Assembly: GCA_963761555.1 (NCBI GenBank)
Contig: CAVXHD010000002.1
Span: 51,622 to 115,621, forward strand
Source of the DNA: an uncultured Acidobacteriota bacterium
GTDB lineage: Bacteria; Acidobacteriota; Terriglobia; Acidiferrales; UBA7541
DNA: 64,000 bases
Direction: 5' to 3'
The notes under the pieces are model-generated. The model ran no database searches, was not told the DNA's origin, and worked only from the letters and a program-made list of their open reading frames with translations. Positions 27,595 through 37,234 of this stretch are shown here, piece after piece. Each line of letters opens with the position of its first letter. The first letter of the stretch is position 1. Made by a program: the position numbers and the translations under genes.

Positions 27595-29022
27595 TCAGGG
27601 TACGTTTGCCGTAGCCGGTACAGAATAGACGCTCTCGTTCCCGCTAGAATCCACCGCCGTAGCCACGTAGGAATAGGTTGTGGCCGGTTGCACATTCGTA
27701 TCGGTGTAGGCCAACGTGGTGACGAGTGAAGGGTTGATCTTCGTGTACACCGTCCCAGTCCCGCTGAGGCGGTAGACGTTGTACCCGGCCACGGTCGACG
27801 TACTCGCGGTCCAAGTCAGCGCCACAGAGTACGATTGTGCCGCCGTCGCCGTAAAGTTCACACCCGTCAGGTTTGCTGCATTCACCGTGACGCTCTGGCT
27901 CACCGGGCTGAACGTATATCCCGAATTGTTCGGCGTGACCGTGTAAGCGCCATTCGACAATCCAGTAAAAGTGTAGCTACCCGCAGTGTTCGCACTCGTG
28001 GTCGCGCCGGCCGCTCCGCTCAATATCACGGTCGCGCCGCTGCCACCCGCCGTCGGACTGATTGTCCCTGAGATGCTGTAAGTTGAGCCAACCTGTGCAG
28101 TCGCCGTGAAGTTGATTCCCGTGACGTTCGCCCCATTGACCGTTGCAGCCTGACTCGTGGGGCTGAACGTGTAACCCGAGTGGCTCGGCGTAACCGCGTA
28201 CGTTCCGTTCGCCAATCCAGTAAAACTGTAGGCTCCGGAGCTATTAGCGGTCGTAGTGGCGGTTTTTGCTCCGCTCAAGGTCAGTGTCGCCCCGTTTCCC
28301 CCGGCCGTCGGACTAATCGTTCCCGAAATGCTGTAGGTCACAACCGTAGCCGTAGCAGTGAAGTTCGTCCCGGACGTAACATTCGCCCCGTTAATCGTTA
28401 TAGCAGCGCTACTCGGGCTGAAGGTGTAGCCAGCGTGCGTGGGGGTAACCGTATAATTCCCGTTCGCCAATCCCGTAAAGGTGTAGGCACCCGACGCATT
28501 GGCCGTCGTCGTGGCGGTCTTTGCGCCGCTCAAGGTTACCGTCGCCCCGCTTCCCCCTGCCGTGGGACTGATCGTCCCTGAGATGCTATAGGTCTCAGCC
28601 GTAGCAGTGAAGTTCGTTCCCGAAGTGACATCGGCACCATTAATTGTCACGCTTGCACTGCTAGGGCTGAACGTGAAACCCGCGTGGCTTGGCGTAAGTG
28701 TGTAGGTCCCGTCGGCCAATCCGGTGATTGTGAAGCTACCTGAGCTATTCGCTGTGGCCGTTGTGCTCGCTGCTCCGCTAAGGGTGACCGTCGCGCCATT
28801 ACCCCCCGCCGTCGGGGTGATTGCGCCCGTTATGCTGTAGGTAGAAGTGGCTGGTTGCGAAGCCGGCTGGCTGTTCTTCCCGCTCACAACTCCCGCGCAT
28901 CCCGAAGTCATCACCATCGGCAGTAGCGCAACGCCGACCAACAGCGCTTGCTTCAACCGCAGAGAAACAAATTTGGAGTGAACGGGCCCGCCTGCTGGAT
29001 CTCCCAGTTGTGAAAATCTCAT
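27595..29022 (-). CDS. repeat lipoprotein: 4 x ~84-aa beta-sandwich repeats (carboxypeptidase-regulatory-like) + C-terminal fibronectin type III domain
   Basis: 475 aa. Lipobox VMTSGCAG. Four repeats of YSISGTISPTAGGSGATVTLSG...GYTFSP...NFTAT. Fn3-like tail LTWTASTSTVAGYNVYR...YSYVATAVDSSGNES. No PEP-CTERM tail. Confidence 0.75.
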   Translation of the reverse strand: MRFSQLGDPAGGPVHSKFVSLRLKQALLVGVALLPMVMTSGCAGVVSGKNSQPASQPATSTYSITGAITPTAGGNGATVTLSGAASTTATANSSGSFTITGLADGTYTLTPSHAGFTFSPSSASVTINGADVTSGTNFTATAETYSISGTISPTAGGSGATVTLSGAKTATTTANASGAYTFTGLANGNYTVTPTHAGYTFSPSSAAITINGANVTSGTNFTATATVVTYSISGTISPTAGGNGATLTLSGAKTATTTANSSGAYSFTGLANGTYAVTPSHSGYTFSPTSQAATVNGANVTGINFTATAQVGSTYSISGTISPTAGGSGATVILSGAAGATTSANTAGSYTFTGLSNGAYTVTPNNSGYTFSPVSQSVTVNAANLTGVNFTATAAQSYSVALTWTASTSTVAGYNVYRLSGTGTVYTKINPSLVTTLAYTDTNVQPATTYSYVATAVDSSGNESVYSVPATANVP

Positions 29023-29390
29023 CGTCCAGTCCCTCAGAGCTTCGCCCCACTGGACGTAAGAGTACTTCTACAAGAGTTCCTCAGATACTGATTGGAGGTC
29101 CAATTTAAGTACAGGTGGGTATCCTGACCATAGGGACCATGAAAAGCACAGGTTCCCCAACCCCGCGCCAGATTTGCGTTTTCTCATCCGCTTGACTCGC
29201 CTAAAGGATAAGTCCGACCCTGCAAACCGCGCGTCAAAGTCTCCTTAAGTTCGCCCTCTCTGAGGCGATACTGTTATTCCTTTTTCATGCGCGAGGGTTC
29301 ACCTCCTATACTCCCAACCTGGAGTCGCCTGTTCGCCCGCATGGCTTGAAACGTCCTTGCTGGGTGTATATTCGCTCCCCAATCTTGCGC

Positions 29391-32300
29391 CTACGGTTTG
29401 GCAGACGCTTCGTTCGAGTTCACACTCTGGTTCCCACTCGAATCGACTGCTGTGGCTACGTAGTAGTAGGTCGTCCCACTCACCACGGTCGAATCCGTGT
29501 AGCTCAAAGTTGTTATCAACGATGGGTTGATCTGCGTATAGGGCCCGCCGCTTACCGTGCCGCGGTAGACGTTATACCCAGAAACCGTCGATGTGCTCGC
29601 AGTCCAGCTGAGCAAGACCGAGGGTGGACTTGCCGCCGTCCCTGTTCCGGTGAGAGTCACGGTCGCAGGCGATCCCGTAGCATTGCTCACAATCGAGATA
29701 CTGCCGCCAAGCGCTCCGGTTGTCGTCGGACTGAAAACCAGAGTCAGCGTTAGGTTCTGGTTGGGGGAAAGAGTCACAGGAGCGCTTCCGCCCGTCATCG
29801 AATAGCTCCCGCCGGTGAGCGTGATCTGCGAAATTGTAACGTTGGAATTGCCCGTATTTGTAATGGTCACGGTCTGCGGAGCAGAAGACGTTGCCGTTGT
29901 CACATTCCCAAAGGCCAGTGTGGTCGGACTGATGTTCAGCGTTAATGTCGCAGCGATCCCCGTCCCGCTCAGACTGACCGCTGTGGGTGAGGTCGGAGCG
30001 TTACTCACGATGGAGATGCTGCCGGACGCTGCTCCCGTCGAAGTCGGAAGGAATGCGCACCGTAATCGTGGTTTGTTTTCCTGCGTTTACACTTATAGGC
30101 AACGAATAGCCACTGATGCTGAATGCCGAACCAGTTTCCGTCACTTGAGTAATGGTCAATGTGGCCGTGCCTGTGTTGGTGACAATCAAGTGTTTGCGTC
30201 GAATTACTTCCCACCACCTCACTTCCGAAAGCTCATAGGCGATGGACTAACCTGGATCGCCGGAGCAGGAGCAGGGTTCACCGTTAGCGTCGCGCTCGTG
30301 CTTGTGATCGTCCCTGCCGTGTTCGTTACCACCACCCGGAACGTCGATCCACTATCCGTCATCGCGGTGGCTGGCGTCGTATAACTCGTCCCCGTCGCTC
30401 CCGCGATGTTCGCCCCGTTCTTCTGCCACTGGTAGCTCAGCGGCGCTGTTCCTCCCGCCACCACCGTGAACGTCGCCGTCTGTCCTGCTGTCACCGTCTC
30501 GTTCGCCGGCTGCGTCGTGATCGTCGGCGCTACCGCCGCCGCGTTCACCGTCAGCGTCGCCGCTGAGCTCGTGATCGTCCCTGCCGTGTTCGTGACCACC
30601 ACCCGGAACGTCGATCCACTGTCGGTCGTCGCTGTCGCTGGCGTCGTATAGCTTGTCCCTGTTGCTCCCGCGATGTTCGCTCCGTTCTTCTGCCATTGGT
30701 AGCTCAGCGGCGCTGTTCCTCCCGCCACCACCGTGAACGTCGCCGTCTGTCCTGCTGTCACTGTCTCATTCACTGGCTGCGTCGTGATCGTCGGCGCCAC
30801 CGCTGCCGCATTCACCGTCAGCGTCGCTGCGTTGCTCGTGATCGTCCCTGCCGTGTTCGTCACCACCACCCGGAACGTCGATCCGCTATCTGTCGTCGCC
30901 GTGGCTGGTGTCGTATAACTTGTCCCTGTTGCTCCCGCGATGTTCGCTCCGTTCTTCTGCCACTGGTAGCTCAGCGGCGCTGTTCCTCCCGCCACCACCG
31001 TAAACGTCGCCGTCTGTCCTGCTGTCACCGTCTCATTTACCGGTTGCGTCGTGATCGTCGGCGCCACCGCTGCCGCATTCACCGTCAGCGTCGCTGCATT
31101 ACTCGTGATCGTCCCTGCCGTGTTCGTCACCACCACCCGGAACGTCGATCCACTATCTGTCGTCGCCGTGGCTGGTGTCGTATAACTTGTCCCTGTTGCT
31201 CCCGCGATGTTCGCTCCGTTCTTCTGCCATTGGTAGCTCAGCGGCGCTGTTCCTCCCGCTACCACCGTAAACGTCGCCGTCTGTCCTGCTGTCACCGTCT
31301 CGTTTACCGGTTGCGTCGTGATCGTCGGCGCCACCGCTGCCGCATTCACCGTCAACGTCGCTGCATTGCTCGTGATCGTCCCTGCCGTGTTCGTCACCAC
31401 CACTCGGAACGTCGATCCACTATCCGTCGTCGCCGTTGCTGGCGTCGTGTAGCTCGCTGGCCTGTCGCTCCCGCGATGTTCGCTCCGTTCTTCTGCCACT
31501 GGTAGCTCAACGGCGCTGTTCCCGCCGCCACCACCGTGAACGTCGCCGTCTGTCCCGCTGTCACTGTCTCATTCACCGGCTGCGTCGTGATCGTCGGGGC
31601 TACCGCCGCCGCATTCACCGTCAACGTCGCTGCATTACTCGTGATCGTCCCTGCCGTGTTCGTCACCACCACTCGGAACGTCGATCCGCTATCCGTCGTC
31701 GCCGTTGCCGGCGTCGTGTAGCTCGTCCCCGTCGCTCCCGCGATGTTCGCTCCGTTCTTCTGCCACTGATAGCTCAGCGGCGCTGTTCCTGCCTGCCACT
31801 ACCGTGAACGTCGCCGTCTGTCCTGCTGTCACTGTCTCATTCGCCGGCTGCGTCGTGATCGTCGGCGCTACCGCCGCCGCATTCACCGTCAGCGTCGCCG
31901 CTGCGCTCGTGATCGTCCCTGCCGTGTTCGTGACCACCACCCGGAACGTCGATCCACTGTCGGTCGTCGCTGTCGCTGGCGTCGTATAGCTTGTCCCTGT
32001 CCTCCCGCGATGTTCGCTCCGTTCTTCTGCCATTGGTAGCTCAGCGGCGCTGTTCCCCTGCTACTACCGTAAACGTCGCCGTCTGTCCCGCTGTCACTGT
32101 CTCATTCGCTGGCTGCGTCGTGATCGTCGGCGCCACCGCTGCCGCATTCACCGTCAGCGTCGCCGCGTTGCTCGTGATCGTTCCCGCCGTATTTGTCACC
32201 ACGACATCGAACGTCGATCCGCTATCCGTCGTCGCCGTTGCCGGCGTCGTGTAGCTCGTCCCTGTCGCTCCCGCGATGTTCGCTCCGTTCTTCTGCCACT

Positions 32301-33303
32301 GGTAGCTCAACGGCGCCGTTCCCGCCGCCACTACCGTGAACGTCGCCGTCTGTCCCGCCGTCACTGTCTCGTTCACCGGCTGCGTCGTAATCGTCGGCGC
32401 TGCAGTTGCGGCCGTACCAGTTCCAGTGAGCGTAACCACAGACGATGGAGTCTGCGGATCGTTACTAGTGATCGTGAGACTTCCGGAATCGATTCCGATC
32501 GCCGTCGGCGTAAAGGACACGTTCAAAGTGGCGCTCCCAGCAGGCGCGATAGTGGCCGGCGTCGTTACCCCGGAAACTCCGAATGGCGCTCCCGTCAGGG
32601 AAATCAGCGAAATGACCAGGCTCGTCCCGCCCGCATTGTTGATAATCAACGTGCCCTTGGCCGTGGAACCCACCGCGGCGTTTCCCAGGCTCAAACTCGT
32701 AGTGCTCAAACTGATCTGCTGTGGCGCAGCGGTAGCCGCTCCCGTGATCGGGACTTGCTCTGAGGAAACTCCGCTGTCGGTTTGCACCGTGAGCGTTGCT
32801 GAAGCATTGCCCGGTGCCGTTGGATCAAACCACACTTGAAACACGCTGGATTGCCCAGCGGGCAAAGACATGGGCATAGTCAGGCCCGAAATTGTAAATT
32901 GAGCGCTCGAAACACTGGCTTGGGTGATGTCGAGTGAGACGGTCCCCGTATTCACGACCGTAGCATTCTGCGAGACCTTCTTACCGACGGTCGTGCTGGC
33001 AAACGTGAGGCTCGTCGGGTTGACTTGAATGGCTCCTTGCGATGGCTTCTCGCTCGATCCGCCGGCGCTCACTACTCCGGCGCAGCCCACGAGCGCAAGA
33101 ATCGGCGCCATCGCCACGACTGCCAACAACGGGCGTACTTGTGAGGAACTCCAGAGTTGCTGAAATACGCTCCGCGCCTCCGACGAGGCCGTTAAGTTCT
33201 TTGGCTTGCGGCTATTTTCTGTAAGATTTTTTCCTATACTCGCCGTGACGGCGCGTTGCCACAATGAAATCTGCGGAAAACTCACACCCGTCCTTAGTCT
33301 CAT
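29391..33303 (-). pseudogene. giant Ig-repeat surface lipoprotein, fragmented by multiple frameshifts
   Basis: Fragments 32041..33303 (lipobox LALVGCAG, ASH/PapD-like modules), 31689..32033, 31394..31672, 30219..31499, 30001..30222 and 29391..30008 (Fn3 tail) all read as one domain series. Indels lie near 32057, 32000, 31797, 31455, 30227, 30187 and 30054. Confidence 0.7.
30250..32400. repeat. tandem array, 8 x 267 bp (89-aa Ig-like unit)
   Basis: The marker TTCTGCCA(C/T)TG recurs at 30421, 30688, 30955, 31222, 31491, 31758, 32025 and 32291, giving spacings of 267,267,267,269,267,267,266. The unit encodes APTITTQPVNETVTAGQTATFTVVAGGTAPLSYQWQKNGANIAGATGTSYTTPATATTDSGSTFRVVVTNTAGTITSNAATLTVNAAAV. 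Confidence 0.9.
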
Positions 33304-33833
33304 CGTTTCCCCTGGGCCAAAGTTGTCACGTAGCCGGGAACGGGGGTGGGTCCGCTGAAGGCTCTGGTCTGGCTTGCCCTAACTTCATGCGAATGATAAA
33401 GAGCCGAATGGTCTGCAAACTACTGGATGGGAGAACAGTTTTGGAGCAGGCCCTCAAAATGGACCGAAGAGTTCACGGGGTTGTCCTGCGGACAGTTGGT
33501 GCTTGCCCCAATGGGCTAGCCGATTTATGAGGCAGTGCGCGAAATTTTCCAAGATGCGTTTTCCCAGCGGACTAAATTTATTTTTCGTCCGCTCCGGCGC
33601 ATGACAATGTTTTTAAACGGTGATTACGAATGCTGCCGGGGTGCGGAATCTGATTTCGTGAGCCATAAAACGGATTTCTGCTGCAGTTTTTTCTCGAACC
33701 TTTATCTGCGCGGATTTGCCTACGCGACAAGAAATCAAGCGCGCGGTGAGTCGTCCAGATAGCTGGTGTTCAAATCGGGCAGACAGTGCACAGGACAAGT
33801 ATATGCAGGGAGAAACTTCGAGGGCTCGCGTTG

Positions 33834-34859
33834 TCAATCCGCGGAAGGGTGAGAAGAGCTCGCTTGTGGAGCAGCCGCGTACCTCGAGCGTCTGGTAATA
33901 AAGCCGGCGTCACGAATCTTATAGATGAGTGTGCGATAGCTGATCTTCAGCGTCTCGGCAGTCTTGCGACGGTTCCATTGATTCGCCTGCAGCGCCTCGA
34001 GTATCAAATTCCTCTCCCGCTCGCGCACGGCATCCTTCGCAATCTGTTTGAGCGAGGCGCTTCCCTCGCCATTTGCGTTCGTCCGCGACGGGGGCGGACG
34101 TCTGGGAAATGTTCCGTCAAGAATTTTGGCGTCCGCGCCGATCAACACATGCCGCGCGATGCCGTTGGCCAGCTCGCGGATATTTCCCGGCCATTCCAGG
34201 TTTTGCAAATATTGCAGCGTCTCCTTGCTCAACGGTTCCGCTCGCTTTTCGTACTTCTCCTCGTAAAGTGCGCGGAAGTATTCCGCCAGCGAAGGTATGT
34301 CCTCTCTCCGTTCGCTCAGACGTGGCAGCTTCATGCGCACTACGTGTATCCGGTAATACAAATCGGCGCGAAACGTTCCCGCTTCGATTTCTTTCTGCAA
34401 GTCCTTGTTGGTGGCGCAAATAAGGCGCGTTTCAACTAGCTTTTCTTCGCCGCCGCCGATTCGCGAGAAGCGCCCATCCTGCAGGAAATGGAGGAGCTTG
34501 CTTTGCAGTCCCCCATCCAAATCCGCGATCTCATCGAGAAACAGAGTTCCGTTGTGCGCCAGCTCGACCCTTCCGGGCTTCGATGCGTGCGCCCCGGTAA
34601 ACGCGCCCTTCTCATAACCGAAAAGCTCGCTCTCCAGCAAAGTTCCCGGGATCGCCGCGCAGTTCACCTTCACGAACTGCCCGTTGCAGTTCGACGACTG
34701 CCTGTGGATCCATCGCGCCAGAACCTCTTTGCCGGTTCCGCCATCGCCCTGTAGAAGCACAGGGACATTTGTAGCGCAAACCTTCAAGGCGCGTTGCCGC
34801 ACCTCGGCCATGACTGCGGATCGCCCGAATAGCAGGTCATCCGGTGGCAGCAAATCCAC
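33834..34859 (-). CDS. sigma-54-dependent transcriptional activator lacking a receiver domain (AAA+ plus Fis-type HTH)
   Basis: 341 aa. Begins directly at the AAA+ module (LLFGRSAVMAEV, GDGGTGKEV Walker A). GAFTGA loop (EKGAFTGA). C-terminal HTH RKTAETLKISYRTLIYKI. Confidence 0.85.
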   Translation of the reverse strand: MDLLPPDDLLFGRSAVMAEVRQRALKVCATNVPVLLQGDGGTGKEVLARWIHRQSSNCNGQFVKVNCAAIPGTLLESELFGYEKGAFTGAHASKPGRVELAHNGTLFLDEIADLDGGLQSKLLHFLQDGRFSRIGGGEEKLVETRLICATNKDLQKEIEAGTFRADLYYRIHVVRMKLPRLSERREDIPSLAEYFRALYEEKYEKRAEPLSKETLQYLQNLEWPGNIRELANGIARHVLIGADAKILDGTFPRRPPPSRTNANGEGSASLKQIAKDAVRERERNLILEALQANQWNRRKTAETLKISYRTLIYKIRDAGFITRRSRYAAAPQASSSHPSAD

Positions 34860-34934
34860 CGGTTCGGTCCCCGCGCCTTTTCGAGATCTTTCCAGAATCC
34901 CTCTCCTGTCCCATTACTAGCTCCAAGGAAGGAT

Positions 34935-34950
34935 TGCATTCGGCAGGCCA
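34935..34950 (-). promoter_or_regulatory. sigma-54 type -24/-12 promoter candidate upstream of the receiver-less activator
   Basis: The minus strand reads TGGCCTGCCGAATGCA, with correct GG-N10-GC spacing. It lies about 75-90 nt upstream of the start at 34859. Confidence 0.35.
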
Positions 34951-35226
34951 CCGCCATCTCCAGGCAGAGATCCCATCAAACTCCCTGACCCTAAGTTAAA
35001 GTGTTTGTTTATCGACGTTTACGTAGAATCTACGAGGTTCGGTCATAGTACTGCATCTATAAGGAGGCCTTGCCCGAGAGGGTCCAAAGTGACAAAAGGT
35101 ATCCCGACTTTGATAACGATTTTCTCTATTTGCCTTGGTGGGGAAAAGTGATTAAGACCCGATTTCAAGCGAACAACAGTGGTCCTTAGAGCTTGGCGAA
35201 CAAGAATCGGCGCCGCAAGCCGACCT

Positions 35227-35565
35227 TTACGCTCTCGCACCTTCAGCTCGGATGATGTCATAGCGTTCTATCACGGCTGCGACTCCCATCCGCTCTGTGC
35301 CGTCCTCTGTGCGGTGCTCCACCCGCACGACCTTTCCGAACGCGCGAACAAATACTCCGCTCCCGCGCGTTATTTCTGCGGGCAAAGTCAATGTGATATC
35401 CAATTCCGAACCCGCCTCCATATCTTGATCGATCACGAAATACAACCCTCGCGTCGAGATGTCTCTCGTTTTTCCCTCTTGTGAATCGTCCTGGTGTTCG
35501 GCGGGTACTCGAATGATGACTGGCAAGGACAAATCATAACGACGAGCCGTTCGGCGTTCCGTCAT
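35227..35565 (-). CDS. PilZ-domain protein
   Basis: 112 aa. RRTARR (RxxxR) and DISTRG (DxSxxG) motifs at canonical spacing. Confidence 0.75.
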   Translation of the reverse strand: MTERRTARRYDLSLPVIIRVPAEHQDDSQEGKTRDISTRGLYFVIDQDMEAGSELDITLTLPAEITRGSGVFVRAFGKVVRVEHRTEDGTERMGVAAVIERYDIIRAEGARA

Positions 35566-35722
35566 TCCCCCGACCTCCCAAGTTTGCGGCGATGACGTGC
35601 TTTGAACCGCGCTGCCGGTCTGTGAACTTACTAGAAATCAATCAACTTTGCCAGTCCCGCACCCATCGCGTCCAGAAATAACGGGAAGCTCCGAAAGCCC
35701 CAGTTCCAAACTGCTGAAACTC

Positions 35723-37162
35723 CTATTCAGTCCGCGTTCCGACCGTCGCCGGCGCTTCCGCCGCTGCCGGAGCGGCCGCCGTACGCCGCGTACGTGGGGT
35801 ATCCAGGTTAAACTGCCGCATCTTATAGAGCAGCGCCTTGTAGCTGATTCCCAGCATCTTCGCGGCGTCCTTGCGGCACCACCGCGTTTTCTCCAAGGCG
35901 TCCGCGATCGCTTCCATTTCTGCCTCATCCTTCAATCCGCGGACGAGCGCCTTCAGTCCCTGCTCTCGCGGCGGCGCAGGCTCTTCACGCGGCGAAGTCC
36001 GCTGCCTTGCGGAAGACATCTCCACCAGTTCCCGCAAGCTGCCTTCGTCATCTTCCAGAATGACGTAGCGTTTCACGAAGTTTTCCAGCTCGCGCAAATT
36101 GCCAGGCCACGGATAATTTACCGCTGCATCCAACAAATACTTCGATGGCCCTGCCGGCGTCTTCCCGAATTTCTCGCTGTACTCCTCGAGAAAGTGCCGG
36201 AACAACAGCGGAATCTCCACCAGCCGCTCGCGCAGTGGCGGCACCAAAATCGAAAGCACATTCAGCCGGTAATACAAATCCTCGCGAAACCGTCCCGTCT
36301 TCATTGCCTCTTGCACGTCCACGTTGGTCGCCGCGAGCACCCGCACATCCGTATCGATCAGGTGCCTTCCTCCCAGCCTCGAATATTGGTGATCCTGCAG
36401 CACGTGAAGCAATTTGGCCTGCAACGGCGTGGTCATCTCCGCGATTTCATCCAGGAAAATCGTCCCTTTGTTCGCCATTTCAAATTTGCCTGGCTTGCTC
36501 CGGATCGCGCCCGTGAACGCTCCCTGTTCAAACCCGAACAGCTCCGACTCCAGCAGCTCCCCGGGCAACGCCGCGCAATTCACTTTCACGAATGGCTGAT
36601 TCCGCCGCTTCGAGCGCAGGTGAATCATCCGCGCCACGACTTCTTTTCCCACTCCGCTCTCCCCGCAAATAAAAACGGGCACATCCACTGGGGCAATCTG
36701 CAAAATCTGCTGGCGGATACGCACCATTTGCGGGCTGGCCGCCAAAAAACTCAGGTCTTCCGTCACTTGGTCGCAGTAATCGCGCAGCGCTTTGTTTTCC
36801 GTCGTGAGCTGCTTCTTCTGCCGCGACTTCAGCATCGCCGCATCCAGCTCCGTCTTTTCGAAGGGCTTCGTCAGGTAGTCGTGCGCTCCGATCCGGATCG
36901 CCTCCACCACTGTGCCCACTTCATTCGAACACGACAGCATGATTACGTTCAGGCTGCGGTCCACCTGCATCAGCTCCTTCAACGTCTCGATCCCGTTTAG
37001 CTCGGGCATCAAAACATCCAGAATGATGAAGTCCGGCCGCTCTCCACCGTTCACTTTGGCGATGGCTTCCCGTCCGGAGCTGACCGTCTCCACCTCGAAT
37101 CCATCCACCTCGAGCAACGTTTGCAAATACTTTCGAATGCTCGGCTCATCATCTACAACCAA
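35723..37162 (-). CDS. NtrC-family sigma-54-dependent response regulator (PrsR-like)
   Basis: 479 aa, TTG start. Receiver VVDDEPSIR...DFIILDVLMP. AAA+ module GESGVGKEV with the GAFTGA loop (EQGAFTGA). C-terminal HTH AAKMLGISYKALLYKM. Confidence 0.9.
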   Translation of the reverse strand: MVVDDEPSIRKYLQTLLEVDGFEVETVSSGREAIAKVNGGERPDFIILDVLMPELNGIETLKELMQVDRSLNVIMLSCSNEVGTVVEAIRIGAHDYLTKPFEKTELDAAMLKSRQKKQLTTENKALRDYCDQVTEDLSFLAASPQMVRIRQQILQIAPVDVPVFICGESGVGKEVVARMIHLRSKRRNQPFVKVNCAALPGELLESELFGFEQGAFTGAIRSKPGKFEMANKGTIFLDEIAEMTTPLQAKLLHVLQDHQYSRLGGRHLIDTDVRVLAATNVDVQEAMKTGRFREDLYYRLNVLSILVPPLRERLVEIPLLFRHFLEEYSEKFGKTPAGPSKYLLDAAVNYPWPGNLRELENFVKRYVILEDDEGSLRELVEMSSARQRTSPREEPAPPREQGLKALVRGLKDEAEMEAIADALEKTRWCRKDAAKMLGISYKALLYKMRQFNLDTPRTRRTAAAPAAAEAPATVGTRTE

Positions 37163-37234
37163 GTATTCTTTCTTTAGCGACCATCGATTTCTCCCTTTGC
37201 CCTTACCAAATTCCTCAAAATCTAAGGGTACAAG

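Noticed and set aside
30696-31505. 269-aa Arg/Cys-rich plus-strand ORF, plus several 61-aa ORFs of the form MNVAVCPAVTV
   Set aside because: They are antisense or alternative frames of the 267-bp Ig-repeat array. Their periodic sequence simply mirrors the repeat.
30250-32400. Regular repeats considered as a possible CRISPR array
   Set aside because: The period is 267 bp with no unique spacers. The whole unit is repeated, and it encodes a protein domain.
35638-35653. Minus-strand TGGCAAAGTTGATTGA upstream of the PilZ gene at 35565
   Set aside because: The -24 box is good, but there is no GC dinucleotide at the -12 position.
35648-37000. 450-aa plus-strand ORF
   Set aside because: It lies entirely antisense to the well-supported NtrC-family regulator gene. 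Its composition is Arg/His/Gln/Leu-rich and low in complexity, typical of a shadow ORF in GC-rich DNA.
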